IMG/VR virus record: IMGVR_UViG_3300003965_000001 | Coordinates: 1 to 37,129 of that record | Origin: a virus | Taxonomy: Duplodnaviria; Caudoviricetes | Strand: one strand, 5' to 3' | Length of the DNA: 37,129 nt | Shown: positions 25,109-34,382 of the stretch, piece by piece | Numbering within the stretch: the first letter of the stretch is position 1 | How the letters are laid out: every line of letters begins with the position of its first letter | Position numbers and translations under genes: made by a program | Notes under the pieces: generated by a model | Database searches by the model: none | Seen by the model: only the letters and a program-made list of their open reading frames with translations | Told to the model about the DNA's origin: nothing

Positions 25109-27603
25109 GCGCCATCGACTTCCTCGGCGCCCCGGCGGGCCTACAGGTGCCGTCCGACTATCGCGACCTGTTCGCCCGCTACGAGACGCCGTGGGGCGAG
25201 TTCCTCGGCGCCTCGGCGCGGGAGGGCTGGTGGGCCACCGTTGCCGGCCAGGGCGAAGCCGGCGGCCGCATCAACCGGGCCGAGATCACCGCACCGGCCG
25301 ACGACCTGGCGCCGCTCGCCGAGCCGGATTGGCGCGCCAGCCCTGAGTTCCGCCAGGGCATTCCCTTCCGACCAGGCATGACGCGCGCCGAGGCGCGGAC
25401 GCGGGCGGAGATCTTCGACGAGACCGCGGAGCGGCATCGGCTGATGGCGGGCCGCACCGGCCTCATGGCGACCGTCGCCGGCTTCGGCGCCGGCGTCGTG
25501 GGCAGCCTGCCGACCCCCGAGAACTTCATCCCCTTCGCCGGCCCTGCCTTGCGCGTGGCGCAGGCACAGCGCGTCTCGGCCCGCCTGGCGGCGATCGCCG
25601 CACGGGCGGAAGCCGCGACGGCCGGCGGCATCCTGGCGCGCGCCGGCGTCGGCGCCGCCATGGGCGCCACCGATGGATTGCTCGGCAGCGCCATCGCCAT
25701 GCCCTTCACGGTGCCGAGCCGCGAGAGTTTCGGCGACGACGTGACCTGGACGGACATCGTGCTGGACCTGGCCATGGGTGCCGCCGCCGGCGGCGTGCTG
25801 GGCGGCGCCTTCGGTGCGGCCTTCGGGCGCAACCGCGCCCGGGATGCCCGTGCCGGCACGCAGGACGCCGCTGGCGCCCCGGAGCGGGCAGCGCCGGGCG
25901 ATCCGACCATCCCCGAGCAGGATGCCGCCCTGCGCGCCCTGGCGGCCTCCGCGGTGCAGGTCGCAGACGGCGGCGAGGTGGACCTCTCGCTGCTGCCCCC
26001 GCAGGTCCGGGACATGGTCAGCGGACTGCGCGCCGAGAACCGCCGCCTGGCCGCGCAGGTGCTGCCGACCGCCGGCGAGGGCGCCAGCGTCTCGGAGCGC
26101 GCGGCCGCGCGGGCGGGCGGCCCGACCCAGCCCGCCGCGCCGGACGGCACGGGCCGGGCGGTAACGCCCGCCGGAACCGAGATCGAATTCCGCTGGGAAG
26201 TGGTGGAGGCGGATGATCTGGTGCCAAGCCACACGCTGCCCGACTTCGCTGAGAACTCGCGCTTCCCGCAGGAACTGCAACCGCGCGATCGCGGCAGCGA
26301 GGAGCGCCAGGCGCAGGTGCTGGACATCGCCGCGCGCCTTCGCCCCGAAGAGGTCGAAGCCTCGCCGCTGACCACGACGGGGGCGCCGATCGTCGGACCG
26401 GACGGCCTGGTGGAGAGCGGCAACGGCCGGACGCTGGCGATCCTCGCCGCCTATCGCCGCCAGCTCGCAACCGCTCAGGCCTATCGCGCCATGCTGGTGC
26501 GGGCCGGATTCGCGGCGGCCGAGATGCGCGAGCCGGTGCTGATCCGCCGTCGCACCACGGAGATGGACGCCGCCGGCCGGCGCCGTCTGGCGGAGGAGAG
26601 CAACGCCCGCCAGACCGATGCGCTGACCCCGGCCGAACAGGCGCGCACCGATGCGCGCGGCCTCGGCGCCGAGCAGCTGCGCCTGCTGCGCGGGCAGGAC
26701 CTGGCCTCGGCCGAGAACGGCGATTTCGTGCGTGCCTTCCTCGGCCGCCTACCCGGCACCGAGGCGCGGGACTTCTCGGCCGACGGCGCGTTGACGCCGG
26801 ATGGCGAGGCGCGGCTGCGCCGCGCGCTGGCGGCCCGGGCCTACCAGGACCCGACCCTGATCGCCCGCCTGACGCAGAGCCGCGACGGCGCGGCCGAGGC
26901 GCTGGGGCGCGCGCTGCTGGACGTGGCGCCGGCGCTGGCCCGGCTGCGCACCGCCGCGGAGGCGGGCGAGGTGCGCCCCGCGCTGCTGGCAATCGACGCC
27001 CTGGTGCGGGCGGTGCAGCGCATCCAGGCGGCGCGGGATGCGGGGCGGCCGCTGCGCAGTGTCTTCGACCAGCTCGACCTGTTCGGCGACGACGCCAGCC
27101 CGGCCGAGCGCGCCTTCCTGGACCTGCTGCTGCGCCATCCCGTGCGCCAGGACATCGGCGGCCTCGGCCGCGAGACGATCGCCGCCCGGCTTGCCGCCTA
27201 TGCACGCGCCGCGCTCGAGGCGCCGCAGCAGCCCGACGCCTTCGGCCTGCCGCCGCCGCATCTCGGCGACGTGCTGCGCGCGGCGTTTCGCGAGGCCGGG
27301 CTCGACGCGCCGCCGGCGTTGCGCGCGCTCGAGGCCGACGCCTTCCGTCCGCCGTCGGAGGAAGCGCCGCCGCCACCGCTGCCGGAAGCGCCGTCGGGCG
27401 ATCCCGTCGCCAGGGCGGCGGCGGACCTTGGAATGGACGCGGACGCCACCATCGCCGCGGCCGAGTTCGATCGACTGGCCGAGGCCGGCGGTCTGCCGCC
27501 CGAGCTGGTGGCCGATTTGCGCGATGCCGACGACCTGGTGGCCAAGACCGAGAAGGCGGAAGCGGTGTGGGCGGAAGCCGCCGCCTGCGCCGTGAGGGGC
27601 TGA
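25105..27603 (+). CDS. Internal virion protein with DdrB-like ParB domain
   Basis: Gly/Ala hydrophobic N-terminus; VVEADDLVPSH...ELQPRDR...GAPIVGPDGLVESGNGR...PVLIR. Confidence 0.8.
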   Translation: MSAIDFLGAPAGLQVPSDYRDLFARYETPWGEFLGASAREGWWATVAGQGEAGGRINRAEITAPADDLAPLAEPDWRASPEFRQGIPFRPGMTRAEARTRAEIFDETAERHRLMAGRTGLMATVAGFGAGVVGSLPTPENFIPFAGPALRVAQAQRVSARLAAIAARAEAATAGGILARAGVGAAMGATDGLLGSAIAMPFTVPSRESFGDDVTWTDIVLDLAMGAAAGGVLGGAFGAAFGRNRARDARAGTQDAAGAPERAAPGDPTIPEQDAALRALAASAVQVADGGEVDLSLLPPQVRDMVSGLRAENRRLAAQVLPTAGEGASVSERAAARAGGPTQPAAPDGTGRAVTPAGTEIEFRWEVVEADDLVPSHTLPDFAENSRFPQELQPRDRGSEERQAQVLDIAARLRPEEVEASPLTTTGAPIVGPDGLVESGNGRTLAILAAYRRQLATAQAYRAMLVRAGFAAAEMREPVLIRRRTTEMDAAGRRRLAEESNARQTDALTPAEQARTDARGLGAEQLRLLRGQDLASAENGDFVRAFLGRLPGTEARDFSADGALTPDGEARLRRALAARAYQDPTLIARLTQSRDGAAEALGRALLDVAPALARLRTAAEAGEVRPALLAIDALVRAVQRIQAARDAGRPLRSVFDQLDLFGDDASPAERAFLDLLLRHPVRQDIGGLGRETIAARLAAYARAALEAPQQPDAFGLPPPHLGDVLRAAFREAGLDAPPALRALEADAFRPPSEEAPPPPLPEAPSGDPVARAAADLGMDADATIAAAEFDRLAEAGGLPPELVADLRDADDLVAKTEKAEAVWAEAAACAVRG

Positions 27604-27606
27604 TCC

Positions 27607-30600
27607 ATGGCCGTCACGCCCGCCTGCGTCGCTGCCGTCGTGGACGCCTCCGGCGGCCGCATGAACGACGCCGAGGCCACCGACCTGATCCGCTACATGG
27701 AGACGCTGCGCAAGGCCGAGGAGGCACGCGGCAATCTGGATGGACTGGCCGATCGGGTGATGGCGCTGGCACGCCAGGATGCCGAGCGGGCGCAGATCGC
27801 CGCGGCGATCGCCAGGAAGCACGCGGCGCTGTCCGCCGTCGCCTATGCCCGCGCGCTCGAGCATCTGCGCGGCCTGGTGGCGGAGGGCCTGACCTATCGC
27901 AAGGCGGTGCTGGCGCTGCTGGAAGGCACGGTGCGCGACGCGGAACGCGGCCGCGCCAGCGTCGCCGCCACCTCGCTCGCCTATTTCGATCGCTACATGC
28001 AGGCGTGGAACCTGGCCATCGCCCGCGATCCGGAGCTGGCGAAGCGCATGCGCGATCCGGACTTTGGCCGCGCTGTCGTCATCGAGATGCGCGAGCTGCG
28101 CGACGGCGGAAAGCCCGGCCGCAGTGGCGACCCCAAGGCGCTCGAGTTGGCGCAGATCTACACGCAGGCCAGCGAGCTGGCGCGGGTGGACCTCAACCGC
28201 CACGGCGCCACGATCGGCAAGCTGGACGGGTGGAGCCCGCAAGGTCACGACGGCCAGCGGGTGATCCGCGTCGCGCAGCATGAATGGATTGACTTCATCC
28301 TGCCGCGTCTCGATCGCGAGCGGACCTTCGGCACGATGGATGACGAGCTGGTGCGCCAGGCGCTGCGCGACATCTATGACGAGATCACCCTCGGCACGTC
28401 GCGGAACACGCTGATCCCCGAGAACCCCGGGAAGGTCAGACCGGCCAACCTGGCCAATACCCTCGGCCAGTCCCGCACGCTGCACTTCCGCGATGCCGAG
28501 GCATGGCACGGCTATGCCGAGAGATTCGGCAGCGACATCCACGCGGCCATGCTCGGCCATCTCAACAAGGCCGCGAAGGCCGCGGCGCAGATGCAGGTGC
28601 TGGGGCCGAACCCGGGCGCCACCTTGCAGCGCCTTCGCCTCGCCCTGGTGGAGATGGCGCGGACCGACAAGAAGCTGACGCAAGTGCAGCGCGCCGAGCA
28701 GATCAGCAGCCTGCGCGGCGGCACGCTGATGAACCGGGCGATCGACAGCAGCTGGGCCGAGGTGTCCGGCATGAACGCCGCGCCCGGGAACATCCGGATG
28801 GCGCAGATCGGCACGACGCTCCGCGCCTGGCAGATGCTGGCGCGCCTCGGCGGCGCCGTCGTCACCTCCATCACCGACATCCCGCAGCGCTCCCTAGCGA
28901 TGACGATGCAGGGCCAGCCCATGTTGCAGGCCTGGCGGCAGAACTTCGCCGACACCTTCAGCCCCGGGAAGATGAAGTCGCGCAAGTTCCGCGAGATGGC
29001 GGCCGTGATGCATGCCGGCGTCGAAGGCTCGCGCGGGCAGATCATCGCGGCCGGCATCGCCGAGGACGCGCCCATGGGCAAGGTCCACAAGCTGACGGCC
29101 GCCTTCTTCCGCATCCAGGGGCTGACCGCCTGGCAGGACTGGCGCAAGGCGCAGGCGAGCTGGGGCCTGGCGCGATGGATGGGCTTCAACGCCGATCGCC
29201 CGCTGGACGGCATCAACGCGCGCTATCGCGCGATCCTCCGCCAGCATGGAATCGGCGCCGAGGATTGGGAGCTGATCCGATCCGTGGCGCGCGAGGTGGA
29301 GGGCGACCGCTACGTCACGCCCGACCGCATCGCCGACATCCCGCTTGCGAAGTTCGCCGGCCTGGCGAAGCCGGCGCTCGAGGCGCTGGACAAGGGGCTG
29401 GCCGAGCGCACCGCGAAGCGCGCCGCGGCCGACGCCCGCGAGGCGCAATGGGTGAAGGGCCGAACCGACAAGCTGGCGGAGACGGTCCAGCGGGGCATCG
29501 CCGGCCTTCAACGGATCAACCAGCAGGCCGAGGGCGGCCGCGACCGGCGCGTCGCCGAGCTGGTGGAGAGGCTCGGCGAATTGCAGGCACGCCTGTCCGA
29601 CCTGGCCGAATTCCAGGACGCGATCGCCGAGGGGCGGGTATGGGACCCGCCGGCGGCGCCGGCCGAATCGGCCCCCGCGGCGGCCGGCTTCGACCCCGAC
29701 ATCGCCGCCTGGCGCGCCGGTGCGGAGCTGCCTGCCGATGTCGCCGCGGCCGAAGCGCGGGCAGCCGAGCTGGCAAAGACGCCGACCAGCGAGATCCGCA
29801 CGCCGGAGCGGCTGGACCTGCAACGCCAGGCGGCCCGAGCCGTGCTGGCCGAGCGCGTTGCGCAAATTGGCGGCGCGGTCGCGGCGGAGCGCCGGGCCGT
29901 GATCGTCATGGGCCCGCCGGCCGCCGGCAAATCGACCGTCGCCGATCCCATCGCCGTGCGCCTCAAGGCCGTGGTGGTGGACAGCGACGATATGAAGGCC
30001 CGCCTGCCGAAGTTCGAAGGCGGCGTCGGCGCCGGGCGGGTGCATGAGGAAAGCGCCGTCATGGCCGAGACGATGCGGCAGGACCTGTCCGGCGCCGGCG
30101 TCAACATGGTGCTGCCGATCGTCGGCAGCGGACAGGAGCGCGTGGCCACCCTGATCGCGGAGTTGAAGGCCAGCGGCTACCGCGTCGACCTGGTGCTGAA
30201 CGACCTGCCGCTGGAAGACGCGGCGCGGCGGAACATGGCGCGGTTCCGTCGCACCGGGCGCCTGGTGCCGATGTCCTACTTGATGAGCATTGGCGACAGC
30301 CCGCGCGCCAACTATATGTCGCTCAGAGCAAAGGCGGATGGACATGCCGAATACTCCAACGCCGTCCCCCGAGGAGCCCCGCCTCTATACCGCGGAGGAA
30401 CTTCAGACCTTCTTGGGGCGGACGCCACCTCCCCCGGCGGAGGACCTGGCGGCGATCAAGGGGCTCGCCCCGGACGATCAGACGCTCGAGCTGATGATCC
30501 GGGGGCTGCGCCGCGGCCGGGAGCCGAAGGCGAAGGCGGCCGAGTAGGGCCGCGCAGCAGCAACACCGCCCGGTCCGGCGAGGCCGCCACGGGCGGCGCC

Positions 30601-31641
30601 GGCCGCGTCTTCTCGCCACGCTCCGAACGCTACCTGGACACCGGTAACCCTGCGATGCGCGCGGCGCGGGCCGAGGGCGAGCTGCGCTCACGGACGGACG
30701 CGCTGCGCAGGACGATCGGCAGCATCAACCGCGCGGCCGGCCAGGCCGAGAAGACGCGTCTCTCCGCCTTCCTGTCCTGGTGGAATGAACGCCAGGTTGA
30801 GCTCGACGACTTCGCCCGCCGCATGGATGAGCGGGCGGCCGCGCGAGCCGAGTGGCAGAAGGCCGACGATGCCGCCTGGCAGCCCCGCGCCGACGCAGCC
30901 CTGGCCGATGCGCGCCGCGACCTCGAGGTGAAGCTGCGCCGCTTCTTCGCGGATGAGATGCGGTTCGCCTACATCGAAACGGATGCCACCAGCCGGCGCC
31001 TTGCCTTGCAGGGGACGCAAGGCGGAACCGTGGTCGGCGAGATCATGCGCACGCTGGCGCAGTTCAAAGGCTGGCCGATCGCTTTCACACAGCGGACGCT
31101 CGGCCGCGCCATCTACGGACAGCCCAACCGCACCGCGATGGACCGCCTGCTGACCGGCGCGAATGTCGGCAGCGTGGTCGCCACCATGATGTTCGCCGGC
31201 TACCTCACCCTGACGCTGAAGGACCTGCTGCGGGGCTACGGCCCGCGCGATCCGACCGAGCGCCAGACCCTGCTGGCGGCCCTGGTGCAGGGCGGCGGCG
31301 CGGGAATTTTCGGGGACTTCCTCTTCGGCCAGGCCAACCGCTTCGGCGGCAGCTTCGCGGCGACGGTGGCCGGGCCTTTGGTCGGCGGCGTCGGGGAGGA
31401 TTTGCAAAAGCTCTACCTGATGGCGCGGGAGGGCGATGTGAAAAGCGGCCGCGCCCTCGGCATCCTGTTGCAGAACACGCCCTTCCTGAACCTCTGGTAT
31501 CTCCGGCCGGTGCTCGACTTCCTGGTGCTCAACGCCCTGCGCGAGCACCTCTCGCCCGGCCACCTCTCCAAGCTCGATCGCGACCGCAGGCGCGACTTCG
31601 GCCAGGAGCGCGTGTTGCCGCGCTCCGCCTTCGACTTCTGA
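27607..31641 (+). CDS. Large internal virion (ejection) protein with inserted zeta-toxin-like P-loop kinase
   Basis: Ejection-protein motifs (SRTLHFRD, GEIMRTLAQFKGWP, GGGAGIFGDFL, PFLNLWY) flank VIVMGPPAAGKST...VDSDDMK...HEES...RFRRTGRLVP. Confidence 0.85.
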   Translation: MAVTPACVAAVVDASGGRMNDAEATDLIRYMETLRKAEEARGNLDGLADRVMALARQDAERAQIAAAIARKHAALSAVAYARALEHLRGLVAEGLTYRKAVLALLEGTVRDAERGRASVAATSLAYFDRYMQAWNLAIARDPELAKRMRDPDFGRAVVIEMRELRDGGKPGRSGDPKALELAQIYTQASELARVDLNRHGATIGKLDGWSPQGHDGQRVIRVAQHEWIDFILPRLDRERTFGTMDDELVRQALRDIYDEITLGTSRNTLIPENPGKVRPANLANTLGQSRTLHFRDAEAWHGYAERFGSDIHAAMLGHLNKAAKAAAQMQVLGPNPGATLQRLRLALVEMARTDKKLTQVQRAEQISSLRGGTLMNRAIDSSWAEVSGMNAAPGNIRMAQIGTTLRAWQMLARLGGAVVTSITDIPQRSLAMTMQGQPMLQAWRQNFADTFSPGKMKSRKFREMAAVMHAGVEGSRGQIIAAGIAEDAPMGKVHKLTAAFFRIQGLTAWQDWRKAQASWGLARWMGFNADRPLDGINARYRAILRQHGIGAEDWELIRSVAREVEGDRYVTPDRIADIPLAKFAGLAKPALEALDKGLAERTAKRAAADAREAQWVKGRTDKLAETVQRGIAGLQRINQQAEGGRDRRVAELVERLGELQARLSDLAEFQDAIAEGRVWDPPAAPAESAPAAAGFDPDIAAWRAGAELPADVAAAEARAAELAKTPTSEIRTPERLDLQRQAARAVLAERVAQIGGAVAAERRAVIVMGPPAAGKSTVADPIAVRLKAVVVDSDDMKARLPKFEGGVGAGRVHEESAVMAETMRQDLSGAGVNMVLPIVGSGQERVATLIAELKASGYRVDLVLNDLPLEDAARRNMARFRRTGRLVPMSYLMSIGDSPRANYMSLRAKADGHAEYSNAVPRGAPPLYRGGTSDLLGADATSPGGGPGGDQGARPGRSDARADDPGAAPRPGAEGEGGRVGPRSSNTARSGEAATGGAGRVFSPRSERYLDTGNPAMRAARAEGELRSRTDALRRTIGSINRAAGQAEKTRLSAFLSWWNERQVELDDFARRMDERAAARAEWQKADDAAWQPRADAALADARRDLEVKLRRFFADEMRFAYIETDATSRRLALQGTQGGTVVGEIMRTLAQFKGWPIAFTQRTLGRAIYGQPNRTAMDRLLTGANVGSVVATMMFAGYLTLTLKDLLRGYGPRDPTERQTLLAALVQGGGAGIFGDFLFGQANRFGGSFAATVAGPLVGGVGEDLQKLYLMAREGDVKSGRALGILLQNTPFLNLWYLRPVLDFLVLNALREHLSPGHLSKLDRDRRRDFGQERVLPRSAFDF
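30338..30547 (+). CDS. Nested +1-frame small protein overprinted in the large ejection gene; candidate antitoxin (start 30338 or 30344)
   Basis: GC-rich third positions move to this frame; the host frame becomes Gly/Arg/Asp low-complexity with A/T-ending codons. Confidence 0.6.
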   Translation: MDMPNTPTPSPEEPRLYTAEELQTFLGRTPPPPAEDLAAIKGLAPDDQTLELMIRGLRRGREPKAKAAE

Positions 31642-31651
31642 GGAGCCCGGC

Positions 31652-34003
31652 ATGTCCATCGTCACGGTCCCCGAGAACGACAGGCGAGAGCTTTTCACGG
31701 CGTCAGCCAGCCAGACCGTCTTCCCGTTCGACTTCCCGATCTATGAGGCAACCCATCTCGCGGTGTGGCGGCTGCGTGATGCGGTGCAGCAGCTGCTCGT
31801 CCATGGCGCCGACTACAACGTCAGCGGCGTGGGCGAGCAGAGCGGCGGATCCATCACGCTCACCGTCGGCGCCGACGCCGGCGACGTGATCGCCATCCTT
31901 GGTGCCCAGCCCAATGCCAGAAGCACCAGCTTCACCGACGGCGGTGACCTGCCGGCGGCGGCACTGAATGCCGAATACAACCGGCTCATCATCGCCTTGC
32001 AGCAGCTGCGCACCGAGGTGCGCCGCACCATCCGGCAGCCGGAAACCGATGCGCCAGAAGGCCTGGTGCTGCCCGAGATCGCAGCCCGGGCAAACCGCGT
32101 GCTGGGTTTCGACAGTGGCGGCGCCATGGTGTTCTATGCGCTGGGCAGCGCAGGCAGCCTGACCGAAGTGATCGCCCTCGGGGGCACGACCTCGCGAAGC
32201 CTGGCCGAGCGCTTCGCCGAGCGGGTCAACGTACGCGATCACGGGGCGATCCCCGACGGCGTGACCGACAGCACCGCTGCCATCAACGCCGCCGCTGCCT
32301 ATGCCGGCAGCACCGGCCGCATCCTCTGGGTCCCCGCCGGTCAATACGCCACCACCGGCCCGGTGACGGTGCCAGGTGGCGCCCGCGGCATGATCATGGA
32401 TGGGGAGATCGTCGCGACGGGCGGCTATGCGGCGCTGACCCTCGGCGACGGCGGCACCACCAACAACCAGGGGAAGCTCTACGGCCCGCTGCGGGTGTCG
32501 CGCGCGACGCAGTCGGACTGGTCCACCGAGATCGATCGCGGCATCGTCCTGCAGAACTGTGACGCCTGCCTTATCGAGGTTGCGCGGGCCGAAGGCTTCA
32601 CCATCGGCGTGCAGACGATCGGGGATGGGCGCGGATTCGAGGACAGCACCGTGATCCTCGGCCGGATCGCCAACAACCAGATCGGCCTGGACGTGCGGAC
32701 CTTGCAGGCCGGCGGTTGGAACAACAGCGTGCGCTACATCGGCGGACATTTCGCCTGCGGCAGCAGCGTCAACATCACCCTCCCGCGCTTCGGCGTGCGC
32801 CTCTCCGCTGCCGGCGGCGCCTACCTGCTGCACAATGCGCACACCTTCGTCGGCCCTGCCTTCGAGCTGCAAAGGCAGGGCACGCCTGGCACCGTGACCG
32901 CCATCCCCTTCCTGCTGGAGGTCGATGGCCGCGGCCTGCATGCCTACGGCGTCCGCATGGAGCAGTGCTCGCCCTACGTCGCGTGGCACACCTCGGCCTT
33001 CAACGATGCCACCTATGAGGTGGAGTATGTGGGCACCTATGGGTTCACCGGCTGCGGCGTGCTCTACATCGGCGCGACGCGCGCGGGCGGATCCTCGATC
33101 GGGCGCCACCAGGCGGCCGCGGCGATCGCCGCGCCCCGCCTGATCGCGGCTGTCCCCGATGTGCGGGCCGCCGCCTATGAGGACACCACGGCCGTCGCCG
33201 GCGGGCTGGGCTTCGAGGGCTTGGCGGTGCTGTCCGGCAACCCATCGGGACCGCCCACCACGCTCAATGGCTTCTGCTTCGGCGGCCTGGCCGGCATGAC
33301 GCTCAACACCAACGATGTGACCCTGCCGACAAGCCGGGCGCTGGCCTTCGTGGTGGACTGTTCGCGATGCAAGGAATTCGTGCTGGCGGCCGAGGGCACG
33401 GAGCTGCGCCCGGTGATCATGCAATTCGACGCCAGCGAGAACGTCCTCGACGACGACTATCCGCTGCTGCTGTCGAACATGAATGTCACCTGGCCGGGCA
33501 CCAATGCGACCTGGTGGGAAGGGTCCGCCAACCTGGACGGGCTGACGGGCGGCATCGCGCTCAACCGCCACCAGCGGGTGACGCTGCATGAAAGCGCCGC
33601 CTTTGCCGTCATCGGCGTGCGCGGCAGCAGCGCCAGCGCCAAGGTGCGGGCCATGCGCCTCTACGCCGATGCGCTTCAGGCGCCGCGCGTGCTGGCCGGC
33701 GGAACCAGACTGTGGGGCACCCGGGAATGGCAGGTATGGAACGATATCACCGTCCCCTCCCTGACGGCCGGCCAGGGCGGCCCCGTGAGTGTCACCGCGC
33801 CACTCGCCCAGCAGGCGGATTCCGTCGAGGTGGCGTTCCGGAAGAACAGCGGCTTCCAGAATGGCGGGGTGCAGTATTCAGGTGTGGTGGGGGGCTCGGC
33901 CAGCAGCGGCGAGGTGATCGTGTGGTTCCAGAACTTCTCGGCCGGCACCATCAATCTCGGCGACGGCAGGCTCTTCGTGCGCGGGCGCCGGCCGCGCGCG
34001 TAG
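31652..34003 (+). CDS. Tail fibre/tailspike (gp17-like N-terminal anchor + pectate-lyase-like beta-helix)
   Basis: QTVFPFDFPIY anchor; VNVRDHGAIPDGVTDSTAAINAA; SD GAGGAG. Confidence 0.9.
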   Translation: MSIVTVPENDRRELFTASASQTVFPFDFPIYEATHLAVWRLRDAVQQLLVHGADYNVSGVGEQSGGSITLTVGADAGDVIAILGAQPNARSTSFTDGGDLPAAALNAEYNRLIIALQQLRTEVRRTIRQPETDAPEGLVLPEIAARANRVLGFDSGGAMVFYALGSAGSLTEVIALGGTTSRSLAERFAERVNVRDHGAIPDGVTDSTAAINAAAAYAGSTGRILWVPAGQYATTGPVTVPGGARGMIMDGEIVATGGYAALTLGDGGTTNNQGKLYGPLRVSRATQSDWSTEIDRGIVLQNCDACLIEVARAEGFTIGVQTIGDGRGFEDSTVILGRIANNQIGLDVRTLQAGGWNNSVRYIGGHFACGSSVNITLPRFGVRLSAAGGAYLLHNAHTFVGPAFELQRQGTPGTVTAIPFLLEVDGRGLHAYGVRMEQCSPYVAWHTSAFNDATYEVEYVGTYGFTGCGVLYIGATRAGGSSIGRHQAAAAIAAPRLIAAVPDVRAAAYEDTTAVAGGLGFEGLAVLSGNPSGPPTTLNGFCFGGLAGMTLNTNDVTLPTSRALAFVVDCSRCKEFVLAAEGTELRPVIMQFDASENVLDDDYPLLLSNMNVTWPGTNATWWEGSANLDGLTGGIALNRHQRVTLHESAAFAVIGVRGSSASAKVRAMRLYADALQAPRVLAGGTRLWGTREWQVWNDITVPSLTAGQGGPVSVTAPLAQQADSVEVAFRKNSGFQNGGVQYSGVVGGSASSGEVIVWFQNFSAGTINLGDGRLFVRGRRPRA

Positions 34004-34067
34004 GCGATCAGGAGTTGGACGGCACCGAAGTTGGATTGCGGGTTGAGATCACGGCAAACTGCCCAAC

Positions 34068-34112
34068 TTCGTAATCAGTAGGTCCCCGGTTCAAATCCGG
34101 GTGTCGGCACCA
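34068..34112 (+). other. attR core: 3' half of tRNA-Thr(CGT)
   Basis: TTCGTAA anticodon loop, T-arm CCCGG-TTCAAAT-CCGGG, TGTCGGC-A-CCA; no 5' half upstream. Confidence 0.88.
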
Positions 34113-34382
34113 GCACTTAGCGGACTTATCCACAACCGCTGCGCGCAATTGGGCATCAACGGGGCATCGGCGTCGGCGGGTCACCGCGGGGGTGTGGTGC
34201 GCGTTCTTCGCCGAACCCGGAAAAAAGGCATACGGATGCGAAGTGCTGTTAGCACGGGCGCAAGCGAGGCTGGCTGCGGCTTTCCGCCCGCTGAATGCTG
34301 CTGGAGAATCTGGTTTTTGCTACGCCTTGAAACCGACAATGGCGACCGCCGAATGGGGTCGGTGAAGTCGCCGGCGTCGGTG

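Noticed and set aside
31652-34067. Diversity-generating retroelement, considered because the structural genes resemble BPP-1-like podoviruses
   Set aside because: No reverse transcriptase and no TR/VR repeat pair seen; attR follows the tailspike directly
34020-34112. Complete tRNA-Thr gene
   Set aside because: No 5' acceptor strand (GCCGACA) or D-arm upstream; only the 3' half is present, so it is called attR
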